From: Acidimicrobiales bacterium
Lineage (GTDB): Bacteria; Actinomycetota; Acidimicrobiia; Acidimicrobiales; SZUA-35
Direction of reading: 5' to 3'
NCBI GenBank assembly: GCA_020630065.1
Contig: JAHDCC010000019.1
Coordinates: forward strand, 7,139 to 71,138
Length of the DNA stretch: 64,000 nucleotides
Notes under the pieces: generated by a model
What the model saw: the letters and a program-made list of their open reading frames with translations, nothing else
Told to the model about the DNA's origin: nothing
Database searches by the model: none
Shown: positions 28,451-39,107 of the stretch, piece by piece
How positions within the stretch are numbered: position 1 is the stretch's first letter
Layout of the letters: every line of letters begins with the position of its first letter
Made by a program: the position numbers and the translations under genes

Positions 28451-28553
28451 TGCCCACTTCCCATTTAGTACCGTCTTGGTATTATTTTATATTGAAACTA
28501 TACCATACGAGAAATATTCGCAAATAAAACCTTTGGTGTAAGCTAAGCACGAT

Positions 28554-29048
28554 ATGACCAATCAGTTTGATGATCCGAGATGGGACACATTTGGCCTACT
28601 AAAGGAGTCCTTTCTGGCCGTAGAAGCCGCAATGCTTCTAGATCTCGACATGTCAGAACAGTCGATTCCAGCTGAACTGAGAGACCTACTCATTCGACTC
28701 GCAAGATCCCCGCAACACTCGCTACGACCTGGAGCACTCAGCAAAGACCTATGTGTCTCCCCCAGCTCGATGACCAGAATGATCGACCACGCCGAGTCTC
28801 TAGCCCTAATCCAGCGAACACCCGACCCCGAAGACCGCCGAGCATATCTGGTAACACTCACTAAGAATGGACTACACGAAATGACCTCATGGGCGTCGAC
28901 TTCACTCGAATCCTCAGTAACTCACACCAGCGCGCACCTCACCAAAAGCGAAACCAAAACTCTGGAGTCGCTGCTCCGGAAAATCCGAAATAACGCCCAG
29001 GGATACATCGAAGACCGTCGGTCTGAGCAGGCACATGACACTACCTAA
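28554..29048 (+). CDS. MarR-family transcriptional regulator
   Basis: 164-aa protein with a winged-helix region (LSKDLCVSPSSMTRMIDHAESLALIQRTPDPEDRRAYLVTLTKNG). Divergent from the FMN reductase across an AT-rich spacer. Confidence 0.75.
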   Translation: MTNQFDDPRWDTFGLLKESFLAVEAAMLLDLDMSEQSIPAELRDLLIRLARSPQHSLRPGALSKDLCVSPSSMTRMIDHAESLALIQRTPDPEDRRAYLVTLTKNGLHEMTSWASTSLESSVTHTSAHLTKSETKTLESLLRKIRNNAQGYIEDRRSEQAHDTT

Positions 29049-29088
29049 CGAGGAAGTCGTACCCCTTCAGGCCTAAACTTTTGGCCTA

Positions 29089-29832
29089 ATGTCGCGTCGA
29101 CTTTCAACCATCTACTGGACTACGCTAGCCGCCGCCGGGCTTCTCATAGCGGCTTGTTCACCTCCCCAAAAAACGACAATCGATGTCTATGTCGCATCGT
29201 CGTTAGCCGAAGCGTTTGAGACGATTGAGGCAGACTACGAAGAACAAAACCAACAGGTCGATGTCCGACTCAACGTCGCCGGCAGCTCAACCCTGCTACG
29301 CCAAATAGAAGCAGGGGCATCACCAGATGTCTTCGCCCCAGCCGATATCGAAATTTTCGATCGCTTGACGAACGAACCTACTAGCCCCGTCGAACCGTTT
29401 GTTACCAATACCCTCACATTGGTTGTACCAACCGGGACAAAGACGAAGAACATCACAACAATCTCCGATGTCACAAACCCCGAAATCCTAGTCGCCAGAT
29501 GCGCAGCAGGTGTCCCGTGCGGTGCGGTGACCGACAAGTTTCTTCAAGCCAACGCTATTCAGCTGGTCGAAACTAGCGAGCACCTAAATGTAGGTCAGGT
29601 GGTTGAGCACGTAGCGGCAGGTGAAGCCGATGCCGGGTTTGTCTACAGAACAGATGCGAAACGCACATCTGACCGAACCCGCGAAATTAAACTCCAGAAC
29701 CCGCCGGTAGTGACCCCCGCCATCGCCGCTATGAGCGACGAACCAGAAGCGAGCCTCTTCGCCGAGTACATGATCTCCGACTCAGCTCAAGACACCTTTG
29801 CCAACTTTGGTTTTGGACGTCCCGAGGAATAA
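29089..29832 (+). CDS. modA: Molybdate ABC transporter substrate-binding lipoprotein
   Basis: Lipobox LLIAAC, plus IDVYVASSL...NVAGSSTLLRQIEAGASPDVFAPAD, typical of ModA. No modB or modC follows. Confidence 0.7.
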   Translation: MSRRLSTIYWTTLAAAGLLIAACSPPQKTTIDVYVASSLAEAFETIEADYEEQNQQVDVRLNVAGSSTLLRQIEAGASPDVFAPADIEIFDRLTNEPTSPVEPFVTNTLTLVVPTGTKTKNITTISDVTNPEILVARCAAGVPCGAVTDKFLQANAIQLVETSEHLNVGQVVEHVAAGEADAGFVYRTDAKRTSDRTREIKLQNPPVVTPAIAAMSDEPEASLFAEYMISDSAQDTFANFGFGRPEE

Positions 29833-30274
29833 CCAAGACTCGCCCACCAGATCTTACGTGACGGATTTAACAACGAGGGTGGCTGACTGAGGTTCACACC
29901 AGGTTGCGACGTTGATTCACGAACACACACCCCGCCCCAGCAGCCATGACCTCACTCAAATCCGCAACCTGGCTAATGTGGGCGACCAAACCTCACAGGT
30001 GAGATCAACGGCACAACACAGCTGATACAGCGCTTCTAGACCACCGACGTTTCACCCAACCCGGTTCTCGACATCTCGTACTCAACCCACCCGCCGGTTC
30101 TGTGTGGTTCACAAGAAAAGTTTCACGAATCTACGTTCACTTGAGCCGCTGCGGTCACCGACGCTACATCCAGCATCATCCAGCTAATAGAGCGACGTTT
30201 AACCCTCTCTTTGACGACCGACACAGGTTATCTCGCCGATATCGTTGGAGAGACGCATCAAGGAGCTTATCTAT

Positions 30275-32554
30275 ATGACCGTAGGACCGCAGACACCTGT
30301 ATCTCTCATCCAAAGCGTTTACGCCACACTCGACGAACGGGTCGGAGGTTTACGAACCCGACTAGGTCGACCGTTGACGCTAGCTGAGAAAATACTGGGT
30401 AACCATCTAGCCGATCCATCCGCAGCGCTCGAGGGATCATACGTTGATTTTCACCCCGACAGAGTCGCCATGCAAGATGCCACCGCCCAGATGGCTTGGC
30501 TTCAGTTCCAGACCGCTGGGCTGACCGAGGTAGCGGTCCCGACAACCACCCACTGCGACCATCTCATCCAAGCGCGAGAAGACGGCAAAAAAGACCTACT
30601 CGCAGCCGTCGATTCAAATGAAGAGGTCTACAGCTTTCTCGAAAGTGTAAGCGCTAAATACGGCGGCGGATTCTGGAAACCAGGCTCCGGCATTATTCAT
30701 CAGGTCGTGTTTGAGAACTACGCCTTCCCCGGAGGCATGATGATCGGAACCGACAGCCATACACCAAACGCTGGCGGTATGGGCATGATCGCTATCGGAG
30801 TCGGTGGCGCAGACGCCGTCGACGTCATGACCGGGTTTCCATGGAACGTCAAATGGCCCAAACTGATCGGCGTGAAACTGACCGGAGAGCTCAGCGGATG
30901 GTCTGCCCCCAAAGACATCATCTTGAAAGTCGCTGAGATTCTGACCGTAAAAGGCGGCACAGGGTCGATCGTTGAATACTTCGGCCCGGGCGCCGACAGC
31001 CTAAGCGCTACTGGACGGGGAACGATCTGCAACATGGGGGCAGAAATCGGGGCAACAACCAGTCTCTTTGGTTACGACGAAGCGATAGCCCGATACCTCA
31101 AATCGACCGGACGTGAAGACGCAGCCGACGCGGCCGACGCAGTGGCCCATCATCTACGGGCCGACGACGAAGTCCTCGCCGACCCAGCAGCCTTCTACGA
31201 CCAGGTCATCGAAATCGACTTGTCGACTCTGTCACCACATATCAACGGCCCCCACACCCCGGACTTGGCCCGGGAAGTACCGGCACTAGGAGCAGAAGCC
31301 GAAGCAAACGGGTGGCCTCTAGAAATCTCAGCCGCCCTCATCGGAAGCTGCACGAATTCATCGTACGAGGACATCACCAGGGCTGCTTCAATCGCACGTC
31401 AGGCAGCTGCGGAGGGTCTCACCGTCAAGACAGACCTCCTAATCACTCCAGGGTCGGAACAAGTTCGAGCAACCATCGAACGCGACGGTCTCCTCGCTGA
31501 CTTCGAAGCGCTCGGGGCGACCGTTCTAGCGAACGCCTGTGGGCCTTGCATCGGCCAGTGGGATCGTACCGGCCACATCGAGCCAGGAACCCCGAACGTC
31601 ATTGTCACCTCGTACAACCGCAACTTCCCGAAACGCAACGACGGTGACCCTCAAACACTGGCGTTTGTTACATCGCCCGAAACGGTCATGGCCCTCGCTC
31701 TTTCTGGACGGGTTGACTTCGACCCCCAGAACGACACGCTTACAAACGCCGACGGCAAAGAAGTTTCTCTATCAGTTCCCGTCGGAGTCGAACTTCCTCC
31801 AGAAGGCTTCGACCCAGGAGAAGAAACATTCCTCGCACCGCCAGAAGACGGGTCGGACGTTGAAGTTAAGGTCTCACCAACCTCGACCCGACTTCAGCTA
31901 CTAGCGCCGTTCCCCGAGTGGGACGGCAACGACTTCACCGATTTGCCGGTTCTGGTCAAGGCCCAAGGCAAATTCACAACCGACCATATTTCAATGGCTG
32001 GCCCATGGCTCAAGTACCGAGGCCACCTGGAAAACATTTCAGGCAACCTTTACCTCGGTGCCGTTAACGCGTTCGAAGGCTACGAAGTTGGCTACGGAAA
32101 GAACCAGCTCACAGGCGAAACCCAAACGTTCCCCGACATCGCCAAGTCCTACCACGAAGCAGGTCAACCTTCAGTCGTGATCGGCGACGAAAACATGGGT
32201 GAAGGCTCCTCGAGAGAGCACGCTGCTATGGAACCCCGGTTCCGTAACGTTCAGCTGATACTCGCCCGGTCGTTTGCCCGAATCCACGAAACCAACCTGA
32301 AGAAACAAGGCATCGTTCCGGCGACGTTCGCTGATCCAAGCGACTATGATCGCATCGATGAGAGTGACCGTTTAGGCACGCAGGGTCTCGCCGATCTGGC
32401 ACCCGGTAAACCTCTAACCATCACGGTAACCAAAGCGGACGGCTCGACATTTACCTTCGAAGCGAACCACACGTTCTCCGAAGATCAAATCGAGTGGTTC
32501 AAAGCGGGGTCTGCGTTGGCGGTCATTCGACGAAACGTCGAATCCGGTAGCTAA
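30275..32554 (+). CDS. acn: Aconitate hydratase (mitochondrial-type/AcnA-like, about 760 aa)
   Basis: [31 protein letters not shown] and [10 protein letters not shown] (Fe-S cysteine ligands), and the SREHAA swivel-domain motif. The ATG at 30275 is preceded by AAGGAG. Confidence 0.9.
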   Translation: MTVGPQTPVSLIQSVYATLDERVGGLRTRLGRPLTLAEKILGNHLADPSAALEGSYVDFHPDRVAMQDATAQMAWLQFQTAGLTEVAVPTTTHCDHLIQAREDGKKDLLAAVDSNEEVYSFLESVSAKYGGGFWKPGSGIIHQVVFENYAFPGGMMIGTDSHTPNAGGMGMIAIGVGGADAVDVMTGFPWNVKWPKLIGVKLTGELSGWSAPKDIILKVAEILTVKGGTGSIVEYFGPGADSLSATGRGTICNMGAEIGATTSLFGYDEAIARYLKSTGREDAADAADAVAHHLRADDEVLADPAAFYDQVIEIDLSTLSPHINGPHTPDLAREVPALGAEAEANGWPLEISAALIGSCTNSSYEDITRAASIARQAAAEGLTVKTDLLITPGSEQVRATIERDGLLADFEALGATVLANACGPCIGQWDRTGHIEPGTPNVIVTSYNRNFPKRNDGDPQTLAFVTSPETVMALALSGRVDFDPQNDTLTNADGKEVSLSVPVGVELPPEGFDPGEETFLAPPEDGSDVEVKVSPTSTRLQLLAPFPEWDGNDFTDLPVLVKAQGKFTTDHISMAGPWLKYRGHLENISGNLYLGAVNAFEGYEVGYGKNQLTGETQTFPDIAKSYHEAGQPSVVIGDENMGEGSSREHAAMEPRFRNVQLILARSFARIHETNLKKQGIVPATFADPSDYDRIDESDRLGTQGLADLAPGKPLTITVTKADGSTFTFEANHTFSEDQIEWFKAGSALAVIRRNVESGS

Positions 32555-32577
32555 CAAACCGAAATTACTTTCATGAT

Positions 32578-32613
32578 CTGGTGCCAGCGCTAGTCGCTGG
32601 CACCAGACTTTTT
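32578..32613 (+). terminator. Rho-independent terminator after acn
   Basis: CTGGTGCCAGCG-CTAGT-CGCTGGCACCAG (12-bp perfect stem) followed by ACTTTTT. Confidence 0.85.
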
Positions 32614-32697
32614 AGCCAGTTAGACAACCCAACCCTTGACTCTAACGGACCGACAAAGTTGGTGGCAGCGCTTTAGAGCTCCAACTAAAGTACAGGT

Positions 32698-33237
32698 ATG
32701 GGAAAAGTCAAAGAAAATATCGATGCCTCGTTACAAGAATGGATCGAGGAACAACCGATGTTTTTTGTGGCGACTGCCCCAATCAAAGGACATATCAACG
32801 TGTCCCCTAAGGGCTATGACAGCCTCCGTGTCATCGATCCAACTACCGTGACCTATCTTGACCTCACAGGCAGTGGAGCAGAGACCATAGCCCATCTGAT
32901 AGAGAACCAGAGAATAACCTTGATGTGGTGTGCTTTCAGCGGAAAGCCAAATATTGTTCGGGTATACGGCAAGGCCGAGGTTCACCACATCGATAGCGAC
33001 GGGTTCACCGAGCGGTCACATCTTTTTGATGAGCTGGCAGGTGCCCGAGCGATCATCGAAACCAAAATCACTCGAGTTTCAACGTCTTGTGGATGGTCGA
33101 TACCTGAATTTGAGTATTCCAATGAGCGCCCAGCGCTCAAAGAATGGATCGACCGCCGAGGCCCCGACGGCGTTCGAGAATATCAGACCGAACGAAACCA
33201 AAGCTCAATCGACAACTTGCCGACCAATATCGTTTAG
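32698..33237 (+). CDS. Pyridoxamine 5'-phosphate oxidase-family (FMN-binding split-barrel) protein
   Basis: 179-aa protein. The N-terminal pattern (EWIEEQPMFFVATAP...INVSPKG) resembles PNPOx-like/general stress protein 26 family members. Confidence 0.55.
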   Translation: MGKVKENIDASLQEWIEEQPMFFVATAPIKGHINVSPKGYDSLRVIDPTTVTYLDLTGSGAETIAHLIENQRITLMWCAFSGKPNIVRVYGKAEVHHIDSDGFTERSHLFDELAGARAIIETKITRVSTSCGWSIPEFEYSNERPALKEWIDRRGPDGVREYQTERNQSSIDNLPTNIV

Positions 33238-33321
33238 GTCTCTACGCTCGATTTCTTACTAGCGCGTGACATCATTCTCAACCGAAACAGACTCCCGGCT
33301 TCTGTCGCTACAAATGGAACA

Positions 33322-33663
33322 GTGCGGAATGTACTTAGTTCAAAGATCCACAAAGCCACGGTCACCCATGCGGACATAGCATATGTAGGCAGTATCACAA
33401 TCGACGCTGACTTATGCGACCGGGTTGACTTGTGGGCTGGCGAGAAGGTTCTCGTGGTCAGCAACACCTCAGGTGCCCGGCTAGAAACCTACGTCATTCA
33501 TGGAGAACGAGGGTCGGGCGTAGTCAAGATGAACGGTGCAGCAGCCCACCTAGTAAATGTCGGGGACGAAATTATCGTCATCGCCTTCCAGGCGACAAAC
33601 GAACCTATCGTGCCTAAGCAAATCCTGGTAGACGGAAAAAACCAGTACGTAAAGAACCTATAA
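33322..33663 (+). CDS. panD: Aspartate 1-decarboxylase (pyruvoyl-dependent)
   Basis: [24 protein letters not shown] contains the conserved G-S self-cleavage site. The length is typical. GTG start. Confidence 0.9.
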   Translation: MRNVLSSKIHKATVTHADIAYVGSITIDADLCDRVDLWAGEKVLVVSNTSGARLETYVIHGERGSGVVKMNGAAAHLVNVGDEIIVIAFQATNEPIVPKQILVDGKNQYVKNL

Positions 33664-33717
33664 ACCCATTCGATTCGAGATGGCTGCTAGAGAAGCCATC
33701 CCGAATGAGTGCGTTGG

Positions 33718-34986
33718 CTAGCGTTCGTTAACGGGAACGTAGTTTCGCTCGGCTGGGCCGGTGTAGGCCTGTCGAGGTCGAGAAATCCGGGATCCTGCTT
33801 CAAGCGATTCTTGCCAGTGTGATAGCCACCCTGGCATACGACCGATAGCAAAGAGCACGGTGTACATATTCATCGGGAACTTCATGGCCTGGTAGATAAC
33901 ACCGGTGTAGAAGTCAACGTTCGGGTACAGGTTTCGGCTCTTAAAGTACTCGTCGTTTAGAGCGATCTCTTCGAGCTTAAGCGCTATGTCGAGAAGCGGG
34001 TTTTGCCCCGTGATCTTTAGCACTTCATCAGCATGTTTCTTTACGATGGCGGCTCGTGGGTCGTAGGCTTTGTACACCCGGTGACCAAAGCCCATCAACC
34101 GGCCTTCACCAGCTTTGACCTTTTCGATGAACGCTGGAATGTTCTCATACGAACCAATGTCGCGAAGCATATGGATTACCGCTTCGTTCGCTCCACCGTG
34201 TCGAGGGCCGTAAAGAGCGGCAGCCGCTCCGGCCGCCGAAACGAACGGATCGGCGTGGGCTGACCCGATCACACGCATAGCGGTTGTAGAACAGTTCTGT
34301 TCGTGGTCAGCGTGGAGGATCAGCAGTGTGTCCAAGGCACGAGAAAGTACTGGATCTGGCTCGTACGTTGGTTCGGCGACCCGCCACATCATCGAAAGGA
34401 AGTTTTCGGTATACGAAAGCGAGTTATCTGGGTAAACAAACGGCATGCCGATCGACGCCCTGTACGCCATCGATGCAAGCGTCGGGCCTTTAGAAATCAA
34501 GCGATTAATCTGGCGGTACCGGTTCTCCGGGTCGTCTATCTCTTTAGCTTCTGGATAGAAGGTTGAAAGTGCCGCCATGGCAGAAACCAACATTCCCATT
34601 GGATGGGCGTCATGGTTGAAACCTTCATAGAATCGCTTACGCATGTTTTCATGGATAAACGTGTGGTTGGTTACGTCATCTACCCACGTGCTGTGCTGAT
34701 CAGCTGTTGGGAGTTCACCAAACAACAGAAGGTACGCTACTTCGAGAAACGATGACTTTTCAGCTAGTTGCTCGATTGGGTAACCCCGATACCGCAAAAT
34801 CCCTTCGCCGCCCTGCAGCTCGGTGATCTTACTCTCGGTAGAAGCAGTTACAGAAAAACCAGGGTCCAGGAACCATGTTCCAGGCATCAACTTGGCCCAT
34901 TCTTTGGCGTCTACCGCCCCGTCTTGAATCGGAATTTCTACTGTCTTACCCGTGCGATTGTCGGTTATCGATACTGTTTCTGCCAC
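33718..34986 (-). CDS. gltA: Citrate synthase (type II, hexameric-type)
   Basis: LLILHADHEQNCST, GPRHGGANE and GFGHRVYK motifs. I chose the GTG at 34986, preceded by AAGGAAG. The ORF-track TTG start at 35025 is also possible. Confidence 0.9.
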   Translation of the reverse strand: MAETVSITDNRTGKTVEIPIQDGAVDAKEWAKLMPGTWFLDPGFSVTASTESKITELQGGEGILRYRGYPIEQLAEKSSFLEVAYLLLFGELPTADQHSTWVDDVTNHTFIHENMRKRFYEGFNHDAHPMGMLVSAMAALSTFYPEAKEIDDPENRYRQINRLISKGPTLASMAYRASIGMPFVYPDNSLSYTENFLSMMWRVAEPTYEPDPVLSRALDTLLILHADHEQNCSTTAMRVIGSAHADPFVSAAGAAAALYGPRHGGANEAVIHMLRDIGSYENIPAFIEKVKAGEGRLMGFGHRVYKAYDPRAAIVKKHADEVLKITGQNPLLDIALKLEEIALNDEYFKSRNLYPNVDFYTGVIYQAMKFPMNMYTVLFAIGRMPGWLSHWQESLEAGSRISRPRQAYTGPAERNYVPVNER

Positions 34987-35109
34987 AAAACTTCCTTTTC
35001 CAGCGAAGGCTCTCAACGACCGCAACTCGCTGTGAAGTTCGGGGTGAGAATGCCCAATTCAAACGTTACTATTCGAACTTATCGGCCAGATTAGGTTAAG
35101 GGTCACTTA

Positions 35110-36531
35110 TCAAAGTGGTCCATTGTCATGTTGACGCCGACGTAAGGTCTCTCGTTTACTCGACAACATGGCAAATGCGGCTATAAGCTCTTTTCTCGTA
35201 TCGGCAGGATCGATCACAGATGTAATAGCCTGTCGATCGGCAGCCGGATACGGCGTCAAAAGCGTCGCCTCGTACTCTTTGACCAGCTCTTGTTGTTCCT
35301 CTGCAGACGCCTTGCGGTGCAAGATGCTGACAGCACCTTTGGCTCCCATAACGGCGACCTCGGCGGATGGCCATGCGAACATGACGTCGTTACCCATCTC
35401 GGTCGAATCCATCACAATATACGCCCCGCCGTATGACTTTCTGAGGATGAGGCCAACGCGAGGAACCGTGGCACGAGCGTACGCAAAAGCTAGCTGAGCG
35501 CCGTGGCGGATCATCCCTCGCCATTCGAGGTCTTTACCAGGCAAGAACCCGGAAGTGTCGACCAGTGTTAAAAGAGGAACGTTGAACGCATCACACATCG
35601 CGACGAACCGGGCTCCCTTTTGTGATGCTGGAATATCGATACTTCCAGCCAGAGCCTGCGTCTGGTTTCCGATTACTCCAATCGGAGTGCCCCCAACCGA
35701 GGAAAACCCGATCACCATATTGGGAGCCCAACTAGCCTTAAGCTCCAAAAATTCGCCGTCATCGGCTAACGACTCGATAACATCACGCACGTCATAGGAG
35801 CCCATAGCCGTAGTGGGCATGAGCTCCCCGGCCTCCGGGGTCAGGCGATCAAAAGGGTCGTTGGTAGATCGTCCTGGCACACACGAATCGACATGCGGAG
35901 GAAGGAACGACAGAACGTCAGCTGCAAACTCGTAGGCAGACTCAACCGAGTCTACGGTTGAAGAGGCAAGACCAGTCGTGCGGGCGTGCACACCTGCACC
36001 TCCCAGATTCGCCCCGGTGACCGGCTCGCCTGTATAGGCTTCAACCGACTTTGGGCCCGTCACAAAGGCGTAGGTATCTTCAACAAAAACACAGACATCG
36101 GCTAAACCAAGCAAAAGCGCTGGACCGGCAACCATCGGGCCGTTGACGATAAACACGGTTGGGATTACCCCCGACACCGACGTTAGTTCTTTAGCGACTC
36201 TGGCCCAGCTATCAAGCGGAGCGAGACCGTCATCGACCGAGACGGACGAAGTGGTTAGCTCGGCCACAAACGGGACCCGTAAGGCGGCGGCGCGTTGGAT
36301 GGCAGACACGAAACGGTCGCCGTGGGATCGGGAAAGAACAAACTTTTCGCCGACGGATTCAAAGACCAACGAAATGACGGTCAGTCCATCGAGTTCTCGT
36401 TGTGCCACGTTTACCCGTGTTTGCGTTTCCGCAGTCAGGTTTGTTGGGTTAACAGGGTCTCTGCCAGCCGGATCTTTCGACACAATGTCGTCAGAAAGCT
36501 CAGCAACTAGGGGCGAGGTATTGGTTGACAT
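35110..36531 (-). CDS. Acyl-CoA carboxylase carboxyltransferase (beta) subunit, AccD/PccB family
   Basis: Two crotonase-like carboxyltransferase halves. Typical C-terminal half motifs: FVAMCDAFNVPLLTLVDTSGFLPG and YGGAYIVM. The ATG at 36531 has a GGAG RBS. Confidence 0.75.
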   Translation of the reverse strand: MSTNTSPLVAELSDDIVSKDPAGRDPVNPTNLTAETQTRVNVAQRELDGLTVISLVFESVGEKFVLSRSHGDRFVSAIQRAAALRVPFVAELTTSSVSVDDGLAPLDSWARVAKELTSVSGVIPTVFIVNGPMVAGPALLLGLADVCVFVEDTYAFVTGPKSVEAYTGEPVTGANLGGAGVHARTTGLASSTVDSVESAYEFAADVLSFLPPHVDSCVPGRSTNDPFDRLTPEAGELMPTTAMGSYDVRDVIESLADDGEFLELKASWAPNMVIGFSSVGGTPIGVIGNQTQALAGSIDIPASQKGARFVAMCDAFNVPLLTLVDTSGFLPGKDLEWRGMIRHGAQLAFAYARATVPRVGLILRKSYGGAYIVMDSTEMGNDVMFAWPSAEVAVMGAKGAVSILHRKASAEEQQELVKEYEATLLTPYPAADRQAITSVIDPADTRKELIAAFAMLSSKRETLRRRQHDNGPL

Positions 36532-36634
36532 TGATGAACTCCACTCGTGCACACTTGCGCCTAAGTCTATCAACGATGGGCTACGGCAACTCGAACAGCC
36601 CATTTCGAGCGAACCGGCAGAACAGGCCGATCAA

Positions 36635-37552
36635 TCAAACCAAGATGCTGTAGAGACCAGACACATTCGGTGCCTGAGCGGCAATAATCGCCCGGATGAT
36701 TTCAATAGTTCGTTGGGCGGCAACCGACGGCATCCCCCGACGACGGGTAACTAAACCAACGGTGCGCCTAGCAAGACCCTCGACTTCAATTGGGGTCCAA
36801 GGACCACCGACCCAACCAGGCGCGGCAGTCGCCGGAACTATAGCGACACCAAAACCCTGAAACGCTAACGTCGCTAGGAGGCGAAGGCCATCGACTTCGA
36901 GCTGCGGTTTAAGTCGCAAATTCTTCTCGGCAAAAGTCTGTTCAATCTCTTTACGGAACGCTGAGGCCTCGACGGGAAGCAATAACTTGTGTTGTGCAAG
37001 ATCCTCAAGTTCGACGGGTCTACCTAGTGTGGCCAGTGGATGGTCTTTAGGTCCGACAAGCACATGGTCTTCCGTGAAGAGCGGAGACGAACTGATCTCT
37101 GGTTCGTCAACCGGCAGGCCAACAAGGCCAACATCGAGCTCACCATCAAGAATTCGGGTAGTCAACGAGGTAGTGGTGCCATCGGCGATGACCAGACGGA
37201 TCTCGGGTGCCGCCTTTGTCACCTCATCCACCAGAATCGGGGTAAACCATCGTGCAGTTGTCCCGATCACGCCAATACGGACCGTACCTCGCAACGAACC
37301 ACGCAAAGCCGACACGTCGGCTTCAAGAGAAGCCAGCTCGGACTGGACCCGACGCACACGGGTGACGACGGCTTCACCTTCCTGCGTGGGGTTCCCGGTG
37401 GCTCTGTCGATCAGGGTGGCGTCGAGTTCTCGTTCGAGCCGAGCCACGTGAGTTGAGATATTTGACTGAACGGTGTGGGTCGCTTTTGCTGCCGCGGTAA
37501 ACCCACCGTGTTCGATCACTGCCAAGAATGCTTGAAGCTGCCGTAAGTCCAT
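36635..37552 (-). CDS. LysR-family transcriptional regulator
   Basis: N-terminal HTH MDLRQLQAFLAVIEHGGFTAAAKATHTVQSNISTHVARLE, followed by a substrate-binding domain of typical length. Confidence 0.85.
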   Translation of the reverse strand: MDLRQLQAFLAVIEHGGFTAAAKATHTVQSNISTHVARLERELDATLIDRATGNPTQEGEAVVTRVRRVQSELASLEADVSALRGSLRGTVRIGVIGTTARWFTPILVDEVTKAAPEIRLVIADGTTTSLTTRILDGELDVGLVGLPVDEPEISSSPLFTEDHVLVGPKDHPLATLGRPVELEDLAQHKLLLPVEASAFRKEIEQTFAEKNLRLKPQLEVDGLRLLATLAFQGFGVAIVPATAAPGWVGGPWTPIEVEGLARRTVGLVTRRRGMPSVAAQRTIEIIRAIIAAQAPNVSGLYSILV

Positions 37553-37744
37553 CGTTATTTATGATGGCACGGATCGCGCAAGAAATACATTCCTACGCAA
37601 ATTTGAGATGACGAAGATCACGCTTGGATGATACACGGATGCGGGTGGATGTATCTAGAATAGATATCAGACGAGGCAGAGACTTAATCCCTTTGATCGA
37701 TGCCCGTCCTTCATACCAAGTCGGTCCCCCTCCGATAGTTGGTT

Positions 37745-37790
37745 AAAGAAACAGAAACCGACCTCTGCCGGGGTCGGTTTCTTCGTTTTG
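37745..37790 (-). terminator. Rho-independent terminator after the desaturase gene
   Basis: Read on the minus strand: GAAACCGACC-CCGGCAGA-GGTCGGTTTC followed by TGTTTCTTT. It starts about 10 bp after the stop at 37801. Confidence 0.7.
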
Positions 37791-37800
37791 CTGAATGTGG

Positions 37801-38967
37801 TTACGAGCTGGGTTCGGAGCCGACGGCCGGAATCGTATAAACCCAGTCGTCTTGTTCTTTAGCAACGACTACACACGATGTCCCCGCCCGCCATAACGCG
37901 ACCGGGATAGGGGTCGGGTCAAACCGATAAAGATACGGGAACGCCTCACGTACCGCTTCAGTGGCTCGCACCGCCTGATAGTGAGGAATCGCCGAATTCA
38001 AGTGATGTACAACATGGGTTGACCCAATGTTGTGATGGAGAAAATTGAACAGTCGACCATATGGGCGATCGACCGAGCAGAACGCGCCTTTCACAAACGA
38101 CCACTCGTCGGCGTCGTAGTGTGGCACATCAGAATTTGTGTGCTGAAGCCAGGTGTAGGTAACCAGCCAAGCGTTGACGACCAAGTAAGGGCCGCCATAA
38201 AGCACAAGCACGGTCGAGATACTTCCGATGCTGGTCGCCCACCAACCCAAGAGAAGAAGCGTTACTACAACACCCACCGCCGACCATAAAACTTTCGGAG
38301 CTAGCCTTTTCGGAAACAGAGAGCTTTCGAATGGGGCCCATGGCCAAAAGTGGTTCGAAACACCTCGAGCCGGTGAACCTGTAGTGCCCGAAACAAGATA
38401 CAGGGGCCACCCAATGCCCAGACGAACCACAATCGAAAGCAAGCCGTACCCGGAGGCTCCAAGCCGTTCGTGAAGACGAATCGCCCGTTGACCTCGAGCT
38501 GTGCCAGCAACCTTTGGCACGTGGGTTTCGCCTTCGGTCAAATGATTGGTTTTGGCGTGGTGGACCGCATGACTTCGCTGCCACGAGAAGTACGGCACTA
38601 ACAACGCAGAATGCAGAACGAATCCGACTGCGTTCCCAAACTTTTTGTTATCGCTAAATGCTCCATGACCGCATTCGTGAGCGACAACCCAAACACCGGT
38701 CCCCGCGGTGCCACACGCGATCGCATACATCACCCATACCGGCGCCCAGACCCACGAGACAGGAACGTACAACCAGGCGAGAATTCCAATGAGAAGTGTG
38801 AGCACTACCGAGAAACCGCCGTAAGCACACGAAATCAGGTTCGAACGTCTAAAACACTCTGCTGGGATAGCCGCTCGAACCTCTTTGGTGGAGGGAATCG
38901 CATCGTCGGCGAGAACGGACACGAGGCTCGGTGAGGCTATAGAAAGCCGTGGAGGATTACGTTTCAT
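37801..38967 (-). CDS. Membrane fatty-acid desaturase (three His boxes)
   Basis: His boxes HECGH, HAVHH and HVVHH with four TM segments, as in the Delta12/omega-type and DesA-like desaturase family. Confidence 0.85.
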   Translation of the reverse strand: MKRNPPRLSIASPSLVSVLADDAIPSTKEVRAAIPAECFRRSNLISCAYGGFSVVLTLLIGILAWLYVPVSWVWAPVWVMYAIACGTAGTGVWVVAHECGHGAFSDNKKFGNAVGFVLHSALLVPYFSWQRSHAVHHAKTNHLTEGETHVPKVAGTARGQRAIRLHERLGASGYGLLSIVVRLGIGWPLYLVSGTTGSPARGVSNHFWPWAPFESSLFPKRLAPKVLWSAVGVVVTLLLLGWWATSIGSISTVLVLYGGPYLVVNAWLVTYTWLQHTNSDVPHYDADEWSFVKGAFCSVDRPYGRLFNFLHHNIGSTHVVHHLNSAIPHYQAVRATEAVREAFPYLYRFDPTPIPVALWRAGTSCVVVAKEQDDWVYTIPAVGSEPSS

Positions 38968-39107
38968 GGAAGGTTCCTGTCGGCTTTTCTTAGCAGCTAC
39001 GAAGGGCTTAGTTTATTGAACCTGCCAGTTATCGTTGGATTCCGTGACCAACGCCACGCTACGGTCGCCGACATCCCGGAGAAGATTTCGGCGGTTACCC
39101 CCTCCGT

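Noticed and set aside
28451-28553. AT-rich divergent spacer between the FMN reductase and MarR genes, with GGTAT...ATACC arms as a possible MarR operator
   Set aside because: The arms are only 5 bp and are separated by about 17 nt. This cannot be distinguished from chance in an AT-rich promoter region.
30101-30116. Possible CRP/GlxR site (TGTGtggtTCACA) upstream of acn
   Set aside because: The spacing between the TGTG and CACA half-sites is too short compared with the TGTGA-N6-TCACA consensus.
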